A stretch of 64,000 nucleotides of DNA from Tubiluchus corallicola (Eukaryota > Animalia > Priapulida), in contig JAQGDQ010000054.1 of the NCBI GenBank assembly GCA_030141605.1, positions 62,001 through 126,000 of the forward strand, read 5' to 3'. The position numbers and the translations under genes are program-made. Positions 48,612-62,117 of the stretch are shown piece by piece. Position 1 is the first letter of the stretch. Each line of letters opens with the position of its first letter. The notes under the pieces were generated by a model. It was not told the origin of the DNA and searched no databases. It saw only the letters and a program-made list of their open reading frames with translations.

Positions 48612-51600
48612 ATGAAATTTTCGGTAAAAACTATACAAGGGAAAATTCGTCTAGGGACAATCACTGAGCTAAACCACCATCCTAATAAGGTTCTGAAAAC
48701 TCCACTCTGTTTAATCTATAGTAGAGCTGGAACTATTCCACATTTAACTTTAGATTTGCTGGAAAAGTTTGGCGAGTCGGCATTTCCTTTACAACTACCA
48801 TTAAACCTATTGTAAGTGTATTGTTAAAAACTTGTTATAGTTCTTGTGATCTTGTGCATATTAAGAAATTCGTATAATGTTTATACAATTTTAAGTGTAT
48901 CAGTACAATATAACCCAGCATTCAAAGGCAGGGTCTACTCCACAAGATGCTTGCGGCAAAATTCATACCTGCATGGATCTATGTACGTGCTATTTCATGC
49001 AAGTGGTCGTTGGCTACTTGGGTTTGCTAACAGCTCACTCATGACATAATTCATCAAACCTTGGCTGTTTACCTTTGGCTGGTTCAGGGATGTCCTTGAT
49101 TATGATCCAGGCTCCAATCACGTCACAAACATCGCATTGAGTAGGCCCTGCTTTTGAGTGCTACATTCCTGTTGCAGTGTACCAAAGTATATAAAAAATT
49201 TTAACTTAAAATTAGGAAAATGCAATATTGAAGCAAACATTTGACTTTGCATCAATTAGAAATGTAATTTCATTCACATTTTGTTTAGCGTGAGTGTAAG
49301 ATTGTTGATTAGGTTAACTTCACAGGCATTGATTTCAATTAAATGCATTATACTAATATATACATTTGTTGCAGGATCGAGAATCAAGATGTCTTAAAGA
49401 AATATGGCAAAGGATTGGGCAAATTTTGTGCTTTGCAGGCGAGTTATACTTTTAAGTGTTTTGCAAATACTTAATTAGACGATAATTTATTTTGATGCTT
49501 GCTACTTAGCCGTTTTGATCCATTAGAGACAGTTCATTAGCATTACACTGTTTTCTCTAATGTTAAGTATATACACTCTTGTTTTGAAAAATTTTAGAGT
49601 TATGACAATGCTAAGTGTTATCTAAAGATAGTACTATATTTGTTCCTTAATTTAAGACTAACATTCTTCTAGCAAATTCACTTTTGACGGACTCGTATCT
49701 GTCAGCACTGGATTTTTAATCTTTTTTTCTCTTATTGTACCAAGTGCCAGCTCCTGAGTGTCTTACAGAGCGGTGTTGTTCATTGTTTGTGGACAAAAAT
49801 GTCTTTTTACCACATTTGATTTTTGGTTGAGATTATGAACTTTATTGTAGTTCATATGTTATAGATTCAGAAGTATGAAAAAACAGCTTACTAAGCAAAC
49901 ATATTATGTATGTAAAATGTAATTGCACCATTGATGTAGCCTAGTAGCCTATATGTGTTTACTACTAATTTCAGTTTGGTAACTCAGTTTGACTAAGCTA
50001 GTTGTGTCAACCTTCAAAGTTTGGGCTATAATCTACACCATTTACAGGTTTCTTGTTCATAATTTTCAGGATCGCTTGTTGTACATGTCAGTTCATGATC
50101 CTACCGAATTAATAAAATCTGGTTATAATACACGCAAAACCGTTTCAGTTTGGGGTAGAGCAGGTAGGATAGAGGTTAGTTACATTACCTTGTTCTTTTA
50201 TCATATTGAGTGGACATTATTTTGTGAGTGCACAGGGCATTTTAACTTCACGCACCAGCTTAGCTGTTTTAAGCTTTTTGAATTACGATGGAAGATTAAA
50301 TATCTGCAAATATTTTCTTATTGAAGTTTTCCACTTGACGTGTGCTAATGTGTTTTGTTGTCAATGTGCCTTATTTCATTCTTAAGTTATTTCCATGGAT
50401 GAAAGGTTGCCTTTGTTCATATTTTAACTGATTTGCTAGTGGTGTTGTTCAGTACTGTAAATTGTTTATACTAGATGTTTAAAAAAAACTTCATTGTTTT
50501 AGAAAAAGCAGCAATGACAAGAGGAATAAGTGAAATTTGTTGCTAAGTCTATGATACCAGAGAATTTTGGTAGTGTCAAACTTGGCTTCATAAGTCTACT
50601 CTAGTCTTTTTACACCTGCATAGCACACTTTTCCTGTACATAGCTATACAGCAATTTTATAGTTCTGCTCTAAGGTCACAGCATAGTAACAAAAGATTAT
50701 AATGTAGATTCAAAAACAAGGTTTGTTGTTAAGAAAATTGAAAATCAAATTAGTGATGGAAATTTCTGAAACACCTCTTTTGTTCGCTCACATCTTTCTG
50801 CACATAAAGTATAGGAATGATTTTAGCTAACTTCTTGGATTGGTAGTCAGTTCTTCAAGCATGGACGATCATGATTAACCATTTCTGAATATTTTTACAG
50901 ACAAAATTTGAAGTAGCACACGTCAATCTAACCTGGTTTTCATTGTAAAATTCCATATTTGATGCATTTTTAGTTTATCTTAAAGTGTTTTCAAAGCTGC
51001 AGACATATCATCACAAGTCACAGTCATGATTTCAGATCAATGTCGAAAAATTTCTGGCATTTCAAGAAGTATGTCAACCCGACTGGTATCAAGCACTGTG
51101 TGATAGTGATACAAATCATGTGATTTCTAACAAACGTAACGAAAAATCGATCAACAGGACATTGGAGTTTCTTGAGAGTATTTTGCACAGGCATAATCAA
51201 TCTGAAGTAAGTACTACACATTTACACATGTAATTTGCATTTTGTTTTAGATTCCTTTATATTTATAAGTTGTAACACTAACTTCTGTATTTGTTTCCTT
51301 TACTAAATTTATTTTTGGATTGTAGAATACCAAAACATGCTTATTTACTAAATTACCACTTCTGTAATTTTTTTTGTAGGTTCTGAAGAATTCCTGTATA
51401 TTTGGATCAATTGTCGGTGGTTGTAAATTGGATGGGGGTACTGCAAGTGATGCCATAAAGGCTAGAAAACGCTGCGCTCAAGAAACAGCTAAATTTAATG
51501 TGGATGGTAAATAATTGTCTTAAATTAACATCAAATTTACAATAATCTTTTGAAACCCTGTCTCGAAGCCATTTGCGTTGGTTAGTCATTATACTAAAAG

Positions 51601-54600
51601 GTATGCTAAAACACAATTTAGGCCCACTTTTATAGGCAAGCACAGTGATGGAAGGTGTGGTTAAGATGATTTGTTTTGTACAGTGTTAATAATGTATAAA
51701 TTATGTTTGGTCAAGTTCTGTGACCTAGATCACCTTCATAGTTTTAAGAGTCCAAACTTTGCTCCTGTCTATATAATGGGTTCACTAACTTTATTGACTA
51801 TGTTATAATAAAGTCAGCATAACAAATTTTAATTTTACGTTATAGGATAAAGGATAAAGAGGTGTCTGGTTAACAAGTCATTAGCTCTCAGAAATGTTGG
51901 TTTGAAATTGTTTCATTTGTAATTAGTTTTGAATAGTTTTCAACTTTTTCGCTTATAGGATTTGTGCTAGAAGGATTCGACACATTGGGACCAAGAGATT
52001 TAGGTTCAAATTCTCTGTGTAACGTGGGTGATTTGCTGTCAGAAACCTTGGTAGTTGATTTTACTAACTTTTTGCTGATCTTATTATTTCCTTATTATGT
52101 CATTCGTTTTTTTATTTATTTTCTTTAGTTTGTTTTGCTGATGTATAAGTACACTTTTGATTGATATCTAATTTGAAATTAAATTAATAACCTTATTAGT
52201 GAAAGATTACCAAAGTTTGAGTAAACTACTAATAATTCAATATAAAATGTTTGAGTAGTGCTGCTAGCACAAAGAACACTGTCATGTTAAAGATGTGCTT
52301 GACAATTGGAAGTTTGAGTTTCGTGATACTTAAGCAAGCGTGTTCTGTTTTTATGATGGATTTGGTTTCTGCGTTACAATAATCTGAGTTTAGTTGAGAT
52401 TAAGTTCAGACTCGTTTGCCTCCAAATTGACCTCAAACATATTGGTCTATTGCTCTGCCTCCGCTGTGACGTATGCACGTATTCGGGACAATGGCCCATG
52501 CTGGACAACAAACACCAACTGTCTAAACTAAACTAAACTAAACAACATGATAGTCACAACTAATGTCTAATCAGCAGATAAACTGATTGCCCTTTTTCAT
52601 AAACACAATTTGCAGAGCAGCAGCTATTTTTACACGAAATTAACACTTCAAGTAGCGAAAAAATGACTTTTCAATTTAAACAGAATGCAGAGGCGAAGTT
52701 TTAAAGCACTACAATATACAGAGAAATAAGTATAATAAAGAAACTAAGCCAGTTAGCCTTGCTTTACACTAAATGAGCAACAAAAACATTTAGTCTCTCT
52801 TGCCTTTGAACATATCAACATCATGCCTGCAATATATTTTTTCTATATTAATTGATCTTGCACTCTTCTGCAAGATTTTTCAGTTTTTGTATTTTTCCAT
52901 TGTTGGCTGCAATAGTGGAATAAATGTGATTGTTCCATTCCATAGACGACCCTTATATTGAATGCCCGAGTTGCATGAGTCCCAATGGCGAAAATAGCGT
53001 AAAAGTAACTAATATTACATTGATGTATAATATAAGTTTTGACCACTTTTGAATTAATTTTGAATGTGAAGATCACATTGAGGTTCATAAAAACTGGCCA
53101 GAAAAGAAAGTGGCCAGGACTGTTTTGTCCTTAATTAAAGTTAATCAAATAGTTGTTTTTATCTAACTTGCAAAGTCATAAATTAAACTAAACTGCGTAT
53201 TTTCTTGATAGCAAAACGGTTTAATCAGCAACTCGTAGACGTAAGTGTTGTGCATTTCTTCCTATAAACGAAACTAAATTATAGATTTCCACTGATTCAC
53301 TTGCAATTTCAATTGACAATAACTAGAACCAGGCCAATATTTCTCGCGCTAACTAATGAAAACTTCAGCATTTCCCACAACAGTATTAGATGCAGCTGTA
53401 GCTAAATGTCCAGAACGTACCTGCTGCAGGGGTGTGTGAAATAGCTTGCACGCTGATTGGGCCGTCAACGAAAATGATTGACATTATGTTATACATCAAT
53501 TAGACAGTGGTTTTGGTGTAGTCCAAATTTACACAAGATTAAGTTCAGGCTCAAATCAAGCATTAGTCCAATAAATTGTTATTTATAATTATTATACTAT
53601 TCCTTTTTCATTTTACTAGAATGAACTACCTGAAGGGAAACCACGCATTCTGCATGGACCCCTCAATCCTACAGATCTTCTTCTTGCTGTGGAACTTGGC
53701 ATTGACATCTTTGATTCTTCGTATCCTTTTTTCACATGTTTTTTCAGTTATTTTAGCTGTTTGGTATGACCTCGAGCAACAAATTTGGTTTTTAGCACTG
53801 CTAAATCCCATTTTCTGATATTCTGCACATTCTTCAACTTGTAACTGATATATTTTATTCCTTGTGCTCCTTTTTGATTTCATCAGTTGTTAGTTATCTC
53901 TATTTTAAGTTTTTTATGTGACATTGAACAATAAGTTACTGGCTTACTTAAGCATTCCAAAATCTCAACTTCTTCAAACCACGTTACATTGTATTTGTGC
54001 AGGGAAAAGTTAAGTTGGTAGGGCAATGATTGGTGCTGCACGTAGCTATGTTGCTTGTGGTCTTTCTGCAAAAATTCTGGAAGGTTTGGGAATTTGTCAT
54101 GCTTTGGGAAAGGAGTAAATTCAATAAGAAAGTTAGAGAAAATGAAGCAGAAGTGGTTTGCACTATGCAGTTAACTGCCCAATGGTCATCATGTTTGACT
54201 ACGAGCTTTGTGTTTGATTTGTTCGACAAGATTCTGTACTGTTTTTTTACATTAACTACTTATAACTCAACATTCTTTATTAACCATTTGATTTTATACT
54301 GTTTCACTTTCCCTGCTGGCCAATAAAAACTTGTCGGTTTGAATTGAATTCCTTACTGTAACTATCCAATATTTATTTAACATAAGCGATGAGCCCTGTT
54401 CAATTAAAGTGCGGTAGATTTTTATTAGAGACTTATTCCCGAGGAGATGCCAAGGAGTTTAATATGCCTATATGTTAGAGACAAAGTGTAACCCAGGTAT
54501 TCTATAGAATGCCCAAGCATTTTTTTGAAATGCCAAAACAAACCAGGTGAAGTGGCTAAAGTACATTCTGCACCATTTTTCTTAGCGTATAAAGCAAACG

Positions 54601-57440
54601 TTTGTTTAGACAAAGTGTGTAATTCTTGGATTTTGATATACTTTCATAAACATTTTGTAAAATGTTGTATAATTTCAGTTAGTGTAAAAATAAAACAAAT
54701 TGTCAGTTGTATTGACATAATTTTCTTAGGCATCCTATATAATGCCATTTTTTAGGAAATGTGTGAAGTAAGTTATATTTCAACATGTTTGAAAATATGT
54801 TTCTGCATTTGTTCGTTGACTTTTTCTTATGTCTGAGAATTTAAGTGATGCCAATTGGAATGCTATTGGATTTGGTTATGAAATGTTTTGAAATTGGCTC
54901 CTGTTTGTTAATCTCTCTATTGATCAAAAGGGCATTCTTATCGTCTTTTGCCATTTGTGAGTCCGCTAAACAGAATTTGATTTGGAAGCTTGGTTTCCGG
55001 CATTCTGATGACATGTCCCGACCAATGAAGACAGTATTTCTTGACTGTGCACTCGATCCTCTGGATGTTTGCTTATTCGATCACAATGATGTTGGTGATG
55101 TACTAGTCATATTTAATTTTCAACATGGAGCAAAGCTTTTGTTGCTGAATAGGTTCGAGTTTTTTGATGTCGTGATAAAAGAGAGTCCAAGTTTTACAAC
55201 CATAGAGAAAGTTCAAAATATTGACAGCTTGAATGCAAATTTGATTTTTAGGTTTATATTTTTGCTCTTAAAAACTTGTTTCATAAGTTTCCAATAACCC
55301 ATAGGAGCTGCCCCAATTCGATGCTCCACAGCTTTTTTGGAAGTATATTTGCAGAAAGCAAGCTTGGAAAATGTCTCTGTTACTCGTCGACTTACTTGAA
55401 CTGCTTGCTTAATTAGCACACCGACTAAGTTGTTTTATGCATTCTATACAATGCCTGGGGCTTAGCAATGCATAAAGTATCTAGAAAAAGTTAAATTCAA
55501 AAAGAAGTTATGTTCATTTAACACTTCACGAAATTACTTCTTGCATTATATTTAGATCCTAGTTACTATATAAAAATGTCTGATAAAGTGCAAAAGGTCC
55601 CAGTAAAAAGATTTATTTGACCCCTGTATTGAAATGCATAGGTGTTATGTGAAATGCCTAGGAATTTTATAAAATATCTAGATTTTGCACATTGCCTGTA
55701 ACATATGTTTACTGTATTATGATTTACAAAAGTGTTGTTAGAACTTTTCTGTATTGTTTTAGCTATACCATCTTATCTTTATTTTCCTTCATTCATAATA
55801 TCAGCTATGCATATTTAGCAGTGCAACGGCATTCAGCATTAACTTTCAATTTCAACCCAAAAAGAACTACAGACTCTTCGCTTTTGCATATTAAAAACGA
55901 GAAATCACAATCTGCAGATGCTCTCTATGAAACTACATTCCCATTTGAAACATCTCTCAGTGATAGCAGGTATATAAGTATTACTAAGTAATCTAGTAGC
56001 TTAATGATAAAGCTACATTATATAATTGTCTGTTTGATACTTCCAGTCATGATGCATTTATTCTGCATTGTTATCTCGTGTGTTGTTGTGTGTGATGTGT
56101 AATTTTGCTAGTACGAGTTTAATTTGCAAAATAAAAGCGATCGCATAAGCTTTCTTTTTAAGTAAAAAACTTATTTTCTAACTGCATGATTTCATGAATA
56201 AAATGTTTTCAGGTTCAGGGAAGATGCCAGGCCATTGTTATCAGACTGTAGCTGTTACACTTGCACAAACTACTCGCGTGCTTATTTGCACCATTTGTGT
56301 AAAACTGATGAACTTTTAGGACAGACATTGTTAGCTTTGTGAGTAAACACAATAAGATGCTTAAGCCTTCTTTGTACTTTTCTGTTAAAGGAGATATTGC
56401 CATTTTCACTTGATTGCAGAGAATCTCTGATTTTATAAATTAAGTATGAGTTTGGGAAGAACAAAGTCGCAAACATTTAAAAAAACTTAGTCAATTGTGA
56501 TAGCATTAATAGAACAAAGATTATATTCATCATGACACCATGATCTATAATTTTTGACCTGTTAGTGTTGCTAAGCTTATTAAAGTCTCATGATAGTATT
56601 AGTGAAGGCCCTGATAAACATTTTATCAGTATATTTTGCCCTAGTGAAAATGATTTCTTACAACATGATTTTTTAAAGCCCAAAATACTGCCAGACTTTG
56701 AACCCACATCACTGTTTCCAAATGATACACTGATGAACGAAATTGGCAAGAAAGTCTGTTAGCCATCATTACCCTGCCTTTACTCTGATAATTTCACAAA
56801 TTTTGGCCAGTAATCTTTGTAGAGACAAACTCATAATTTCCCACATGGAACTGTTGAGCTATTCCCTGTGGCAAAGTCAAACATTTTAGTTAGTGCAACA
56901 GAGTAAAAGCATTTACGTGTAATATGTGTGGAAATCAGATGTGTGCTATATGTAGAGCCAAATCCACAGCAAGCAGTTTGAATACTACTGCATAAATTCT
57001 GCACAGTAGATTTATGGATCTATGCCACTGTTGTGCTAAAAACCAAGTGGCTGCATTCGTCATCAGAAAACAGAACATAGGTTATCTGTAAATTTAATAT
57101 TAATAAATTTATGCTTTTGCTGTTGAAATTTTGCAAAAGTGAGCCTCTCAGGAATGTAAGACGACTCATTAGCTCAATATCGCATTGCACGTTTTTCGGC
57201 TGTCTTCAGGTTAATGCGTAATGTGTAACGCTAAAATTAATAAATTTCAACAGTATTTTGATGTGATTTTCTTTTTCGTTTAGTGATGGTATACTTTTAA
57301 CTGACTGTATTGTTAATTTCAGGCACAACTTGCACCACTACTTGGATTTTGTTGCAGCTGTTCACAGTAGTTTGGAAAGTGGAAGTTTTCTAGATTTAAA
57401 AACTTGCATTAATGCACAGCAGAATTTGACATGTTTATGA
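48612..57440 (+). CDS. QTRT2: Queuine tRNA-ribosyltransferase accessory subunit 2 (QTRTD1)
   Basis: Phase-consistent exons: 48612-48811, 49375-49438, 50070-50174, 51036-51206, 51380-51506, 51959-52050, 53620-53720, 55805-55969, 56213-56338, 57323-57440 (TGA); 1269 nt, 422 aa. Motifs: [28 protein letters not shown]...[57 protein letters not shown], zinc site [21 protein letters not shown]. Confidence 0.95.
48917..49162. mobile_element. MITE-like element with about 40-bp imperfect terminal inverted repeats
   Basis: AGCATTCAAAGGCAGGGTCTACTCCACAAGATGCTTGCGGC versus reverse-complement AGCACTCAAAAGCAGGGCCTACTCAATGCGATGTTTGTGAC. The TSD is not resolved. Confidence 0.7.
49439..50069 (+). other. GC-AG intron in QTRT2
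   Basis: The donor CAG|GCGAGT is phase 0 and matches the phase-0 acceptor at 50069. The nearby GT (49443) would be phase 1 and has no compatible acceptor. Confidence 0.8.
53721..55804 (+). other. U12-type (minor spliceosome) GT-AG intron in QTRT2
   Basis: The 5' splice site is GTATCCTTTT. A branch-like TTTTCCTTCAT sits at 55782-55792, about 13 nt before the AG, with no polypyrimidine tract in between. Splicing restores the frame (GIDIFDSS|YAYLAV..ALTF). Confidence 0.88.
54830..55400 (-). mobile_element. Decayed RTE-clade LINE, 3' fragment
   Basis: Minus-strand [10 protein letters not shown] and [29 protein letters not shown] are typical of the RTE ORF C-terminus. In-frame stops are present. 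Ends are approximate. Confidence 0.85.
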
Positions 57441-57699
57441 TGAATTCTTATGTAACATTAGGTATGTTTATGCATAGAAATTGTTTTTTTTTATAATTAT
57501 GACAACTATTATTTTACACAATAAAAAGTATTGTGATTTATTTGCTTGTTTTTGTGCTTTTCTTTGATTGGCTGCAGTGGAATACTGAAACAGTCTTACT
57601 GTTTGGCATGTGCTTATTGACTTCCAATCGGAGAGTGAGCAATGAACATGAAAAAACGGTCCCATACCTAAATAATGTACCTAAATATTTGTGACATTG

Positions 57700-57880
57700 C
57701 CACTCAAAGAGGACGTGATTAGCCTGTTGCTCGACCGCCTACCAGGTTCACCAAGTAGTTAAGGATTAGAACTAGGAAGACAGCCAGAGGAACATTTGAA
57801 AAATCCGGATATGAGTGGGATTCGAACTCAGAACTCCTGGATCACCAGCTATGCACTGTATGACTCAACCACTGTTGCTT
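57700..57880 (-). mobile_element. tRNA-derived SINE
   Basis: The minus strand has an A-box-like GTGGTTGAGT (about 57872) and a perfect B box GTTCGAATCC (57827-57818), followed by a tRNA-unrelated body. No intact cloverleaf is visible. Confidence 0.65.
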
Positions 57881-60800
57881 CCACAGTGAAGATGTTAAAA
57901 CAATTACTTATAAGGGAGTAATAATATTGTCTGTGCTATAATGTACACACCTGTAGCTTTGCTTTATCTAAAAATCTTGTTCTGGTCGTACTTGTATCCC
58001 TGATTGTATTTCTAATGGCGCTTCTTTCTTTTTGCTATAATTTGATGATTGGGCTTACTTAGTAATGGACACTAGCATCATCTGTTTCCACTTTTTACGG
58101 ATTCATCTACATCTGCCATTTATATCAAACCCAGAAAAGTGTTACTATCATTCATCCTTGTATCTAAGTAAACCTTCTGAGCTTGTGGAATTCTACCATG
58201 GCTTTATTTCAAGTGTGCAAACCTGGACTGTCCTGTGTAATCATTTTTTGTTCGAAATATGCGTGAGATAGACCAGCTCATGTTTTTCATGATGGAAGTT
58301 TATTTCTCACATAATGCAGGGGAGAAAAATCAGATCCTTCACATTATCATCTTATAATAAATTCTTATTACTTTGCCTGCTGCAAGTAATCAGTAGTGAA
58401 TATTTAAAGCCATATTAAGTGAATACAGTGGAACCTCAACTTACGAAAACCCTATTATACAAAAAATTCAGAATGCGAATCGGGTTTGCTCTTTCTCTAA
58501 CCATAACTTTTGATCATTCTGCAGTATGGTTTCCGTTCTTCTCGCTTCGTTGCTAATGTGCTCTCATTGATCATTGTACTGTATTTTAACAGAGCTTTGG
58601 AGCACCTAGGTGAAACCAGTATAATAACCAATAGCACGTTTTTTAATAAAATTTTGTACACACTGGCACAAAGACCTACTTCACATTTCTGTCATGTGGC
58701 ATTTGACTGCAAGCTTCCTACTAAATCATGTCTTCAACAGGCGAAGATAACATTGTTTGTGAAGGACAGCACGTGGTGTTCAAGGTTCTGCTGTTGCCCC
58801 TATTCTGTTCATTATTGATCTACAGCATTTAGAACTACAGCACCACTATTGTTTTCTACAAAACTAAATATTAGATGAAGCTTGTATTTGTTTCTTGTCA
58901 TCGCAAAACTACTCTGCATACCATGTTTTATGTTACTGGGTGTCATGGTGTCGTCACTTTGTGTTCTGATCTTGGATGAAAGACATGGAGCATTGTAGTC
59001 ACATCTTGGCTAGTGTCTCAGTCTGTTGGCTTAAGCCACTGGATTTTGCCAACTATATGAACCTTATTTGCAGTTATTTCTAGAATCACTTTGAATCCAA
59101 GCTTCTAATTTATCACCTCTTTTATCAATACTTTTGGCAAGGCGTTTATAGGATCTCATTGCATCGGTTCTCAGTCTCTGACAGTTTGCTGTTAGTTCAT
59201 GGAATGTAATCAGACATTTCTAATCTGAATTCCCGCAGGTTTCTTATCTGTGGAACACTGCCAGAAAAGCGCTCCTTTGCAAAATACAATTTCACCTTCA
59301 AAAGCACCAACCAATGCCTCTTTCAGTAGCAAATAAGCAGAAGAATTCTAGTTTCCTGGTCCAATGTTTACATACTAACCATACCGTGATATTTGGAATG
59401 CCACAGGCTTTGTTTCGGGTAATATGTAAGTGCTAAGCTTTACTACTGAAATAATATATAGAGAATGATAAAAATGCGGAAAAAGCTTTGTTTTAAAAGA
59501 ACCGGTTTTATTCCGAACGTTATACAAGTCAATTTCAGAGATTTTTAATAACAGAATTTATGACGGCAATGTTGTACAGTAAAACCGGCTATCAGTTTTT
59601 AATATAATTTTTTGTGATAATTATCATCAGAAAATACAAATATATAAATCTGTAATTAATTTAACTACCATAGAACAGTATCTCTTTGGTACAATAACGA
59701 TGTCATAATAATAATTTATATGAATAATTTCTACCTGTCATTCAACTTGCAAAAGTATGACTAGAATAATCATTTCCCATCCCCTTCATTATAAGTTTAA
59801 TACAAAATCATATAGCAAGAGACTTTTCGTTCAAATACTTTTGAAATTTTATCTCTATTAACCGATTCATTGGATTGCTGCTGGTAAATCGAGTTACTAG
59901 TTCCCAATAAATTGCCATAGCATGCATTTACATTTAATTGAACAGAAAGATATAAGGACATAAGTGTCGTAATACAAAATGGCCGGGCACGCACAGCTTT
60001 TTACAGCTTTGTCAACACTATCACTGTGCAAATAATATAAGAGATTTTAGATCGTTAAGGTAATCAAAAAATGATTTTACTTTGGATTAGAAGAAATGAA
60101 GTCTTTACCCTGCATTGACTACTGGCCATTAACATGATTTGATTAACAATGCAGATTAGATCAATTTTGATTTTGAAATACACACTTGACTTGTGTATTT
60201 ATTTTGGACATTTCCTGTTATGTACAATTCAGCCAATAAAATTTAGCCCAATACTAGCAAACTGAATTACACAGTTGAAAGGTGTGGCACATTGAAAGAA
60301 AAGAGTTGTATAAATTTTACTATCAGTAATCATCACACGATTATGCACAAATAAGTGGAATGTGTAGTGAAAAATTACAATATGCCATGAGCAAAATTTA
60401 ACAATTTGATAGGTAAAATGTCACAGACATAAAATAGTGATCAAATCTGCAATAATATGTAATGGCGTTAAAATGTTCAAATTGTGACACGAATAATACA
60501 AACTGATGGGAAATGCTTGGCTTTTTAATAGAATTTAAATATCGCTTAAGACATGCAGCACAATTAAAGCATCAGTTTTATAGATTTTCATAATTTTTAA
60601 CAACAAACGGGTACTTTACACAACAAGAATGTCTTTATGTACAATATATTATTTTATGCATAACATTTTTTACATTTTTTTGTATCTATAAATAGTCTAA
60701 TGATGATAATAATAATAACATGCAGGCTTTAGCTGTTTGTGTTAAGCATGACAAAAAGCTGCTTCCCTATTTAAAACCACAAAAGTAACTAGCCTACAAA

Positions 60801-62117
60801 TAACAACTGCAACAAGAAACTAAATATTAAGTTTAATAATAAGTTTTTAAACTCTAAGGTATTAACAACAGTAATTTTTGCTCCTAACTACATAAGGTAG
60901 CAATATCTCTTGTATAAATTTGATGGCTGGTGTCCAAAATCTGTAGGAATATTTTCTCTCAGAAGGGCACGAATAGCAAATCAATATTCATGCTCGTATG
61001 AACTAAGACAGATATGCTATTAAAGGAAATCTAGAATTTGAAGCCCCAAAACAAAAGCAGCTCCCATATCCATGACTAAAATCCCAATTTAATAGCTGCT
61101 CCAATCCTTAGAATTCATTTCTAACAACTAACAATCAGATCAGTAAAATCAATATAGCAACTTTTCGTATAAAATCTGGAATCCACAATTTAATAATCCT
61201 GAATTCCAGCGAAATTTGTGATTACATCAGGATTCAGATGAACAGCGTAAATTTTTTTTGCTGAAGCTTGTGAAATGCTATGGCAGACAAATAATTTACA
61301 ACAAACTTTCTTAATACCTAAACAAGAGCATATCCTTTTCTTATTCAGTACTAAATTACATATTCTCTATTTGGTCTCTAATCCTACTGATAATTGGCTA
61401 CGTTGCCAGGCAGAGTTTGTAAATTGTGTAAATACATATACCAAAAAAGGATGACAACGAAAGGAAAAATTCCGAAAAGTAAAACTGGTTTTAATGCATT
61501 TCCACACAGGCGAGAAATGTAACACCACAATAAAACAATCATTAGTCAAATTGCCCCATAAGCTTGAAATTCACTACCTTATAAGTTAAAATCTACTATG
61601 CGAGCAATACAATTATTTTTTACTAGATTTGTCAAAGAGAGTGGTAAAGGAATGGTACACACCCAAAAACTACCAATAGCAATGATAGCTAACATTTATC
61701 TAAGAAAAACTGGCTTTGGTCTGGTACCTTTTGGTTATTATATGCATATTATATGGACAATTTGCGATTATCAATAAAAACATTTTTACCTTATAACAAC
61801 ATAATATCACAACATTAAAATGTGGTGTAGCTAGGTCGTTTCAGTGAATGATAAAGTATTGGAAATATATATCATGCGCAGATAACTCTTAAGTTTCTAC
61901 TCTTATACAGTATAGCAGCAGAAAACTGTTTTCTTCAAATGAAGTTCTCAAATGCTTAAAAGGAATTTTCAGGTTAACGCTGTTTTTGCAAAAGAATCTT
62001 AGGACTTCAATTTGAGACATTTCACAACATGATTGTGGTCGTGTTGCACCGTAGACGGATGATACATGGTAAACTTTACAAAAAACTAGAAATTCATCTC
62101 TAGTATTCTACGTCATC

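Noticed and set aside
54845-55297. 150-aa plus-strand ORF inside QTRT2
   Set aside because: Antisense shadow of the RTE fragment; it is not needed for the QTRT2 frame.
57805-57880. Possible tRNA gene (perfect B box)
   Set aside because: The acceptor and D stems do not pair and it continues into a SINE-like body; tRNAscan-SE would be expected to call it pseudo or nothing.
58640-58710. Minus-strand QKCEVGLC, reminiscent of a piggyBac Cys-rich tail
   Set aside because: Too short, flanked by a stop, with no TTAA or TIR support.
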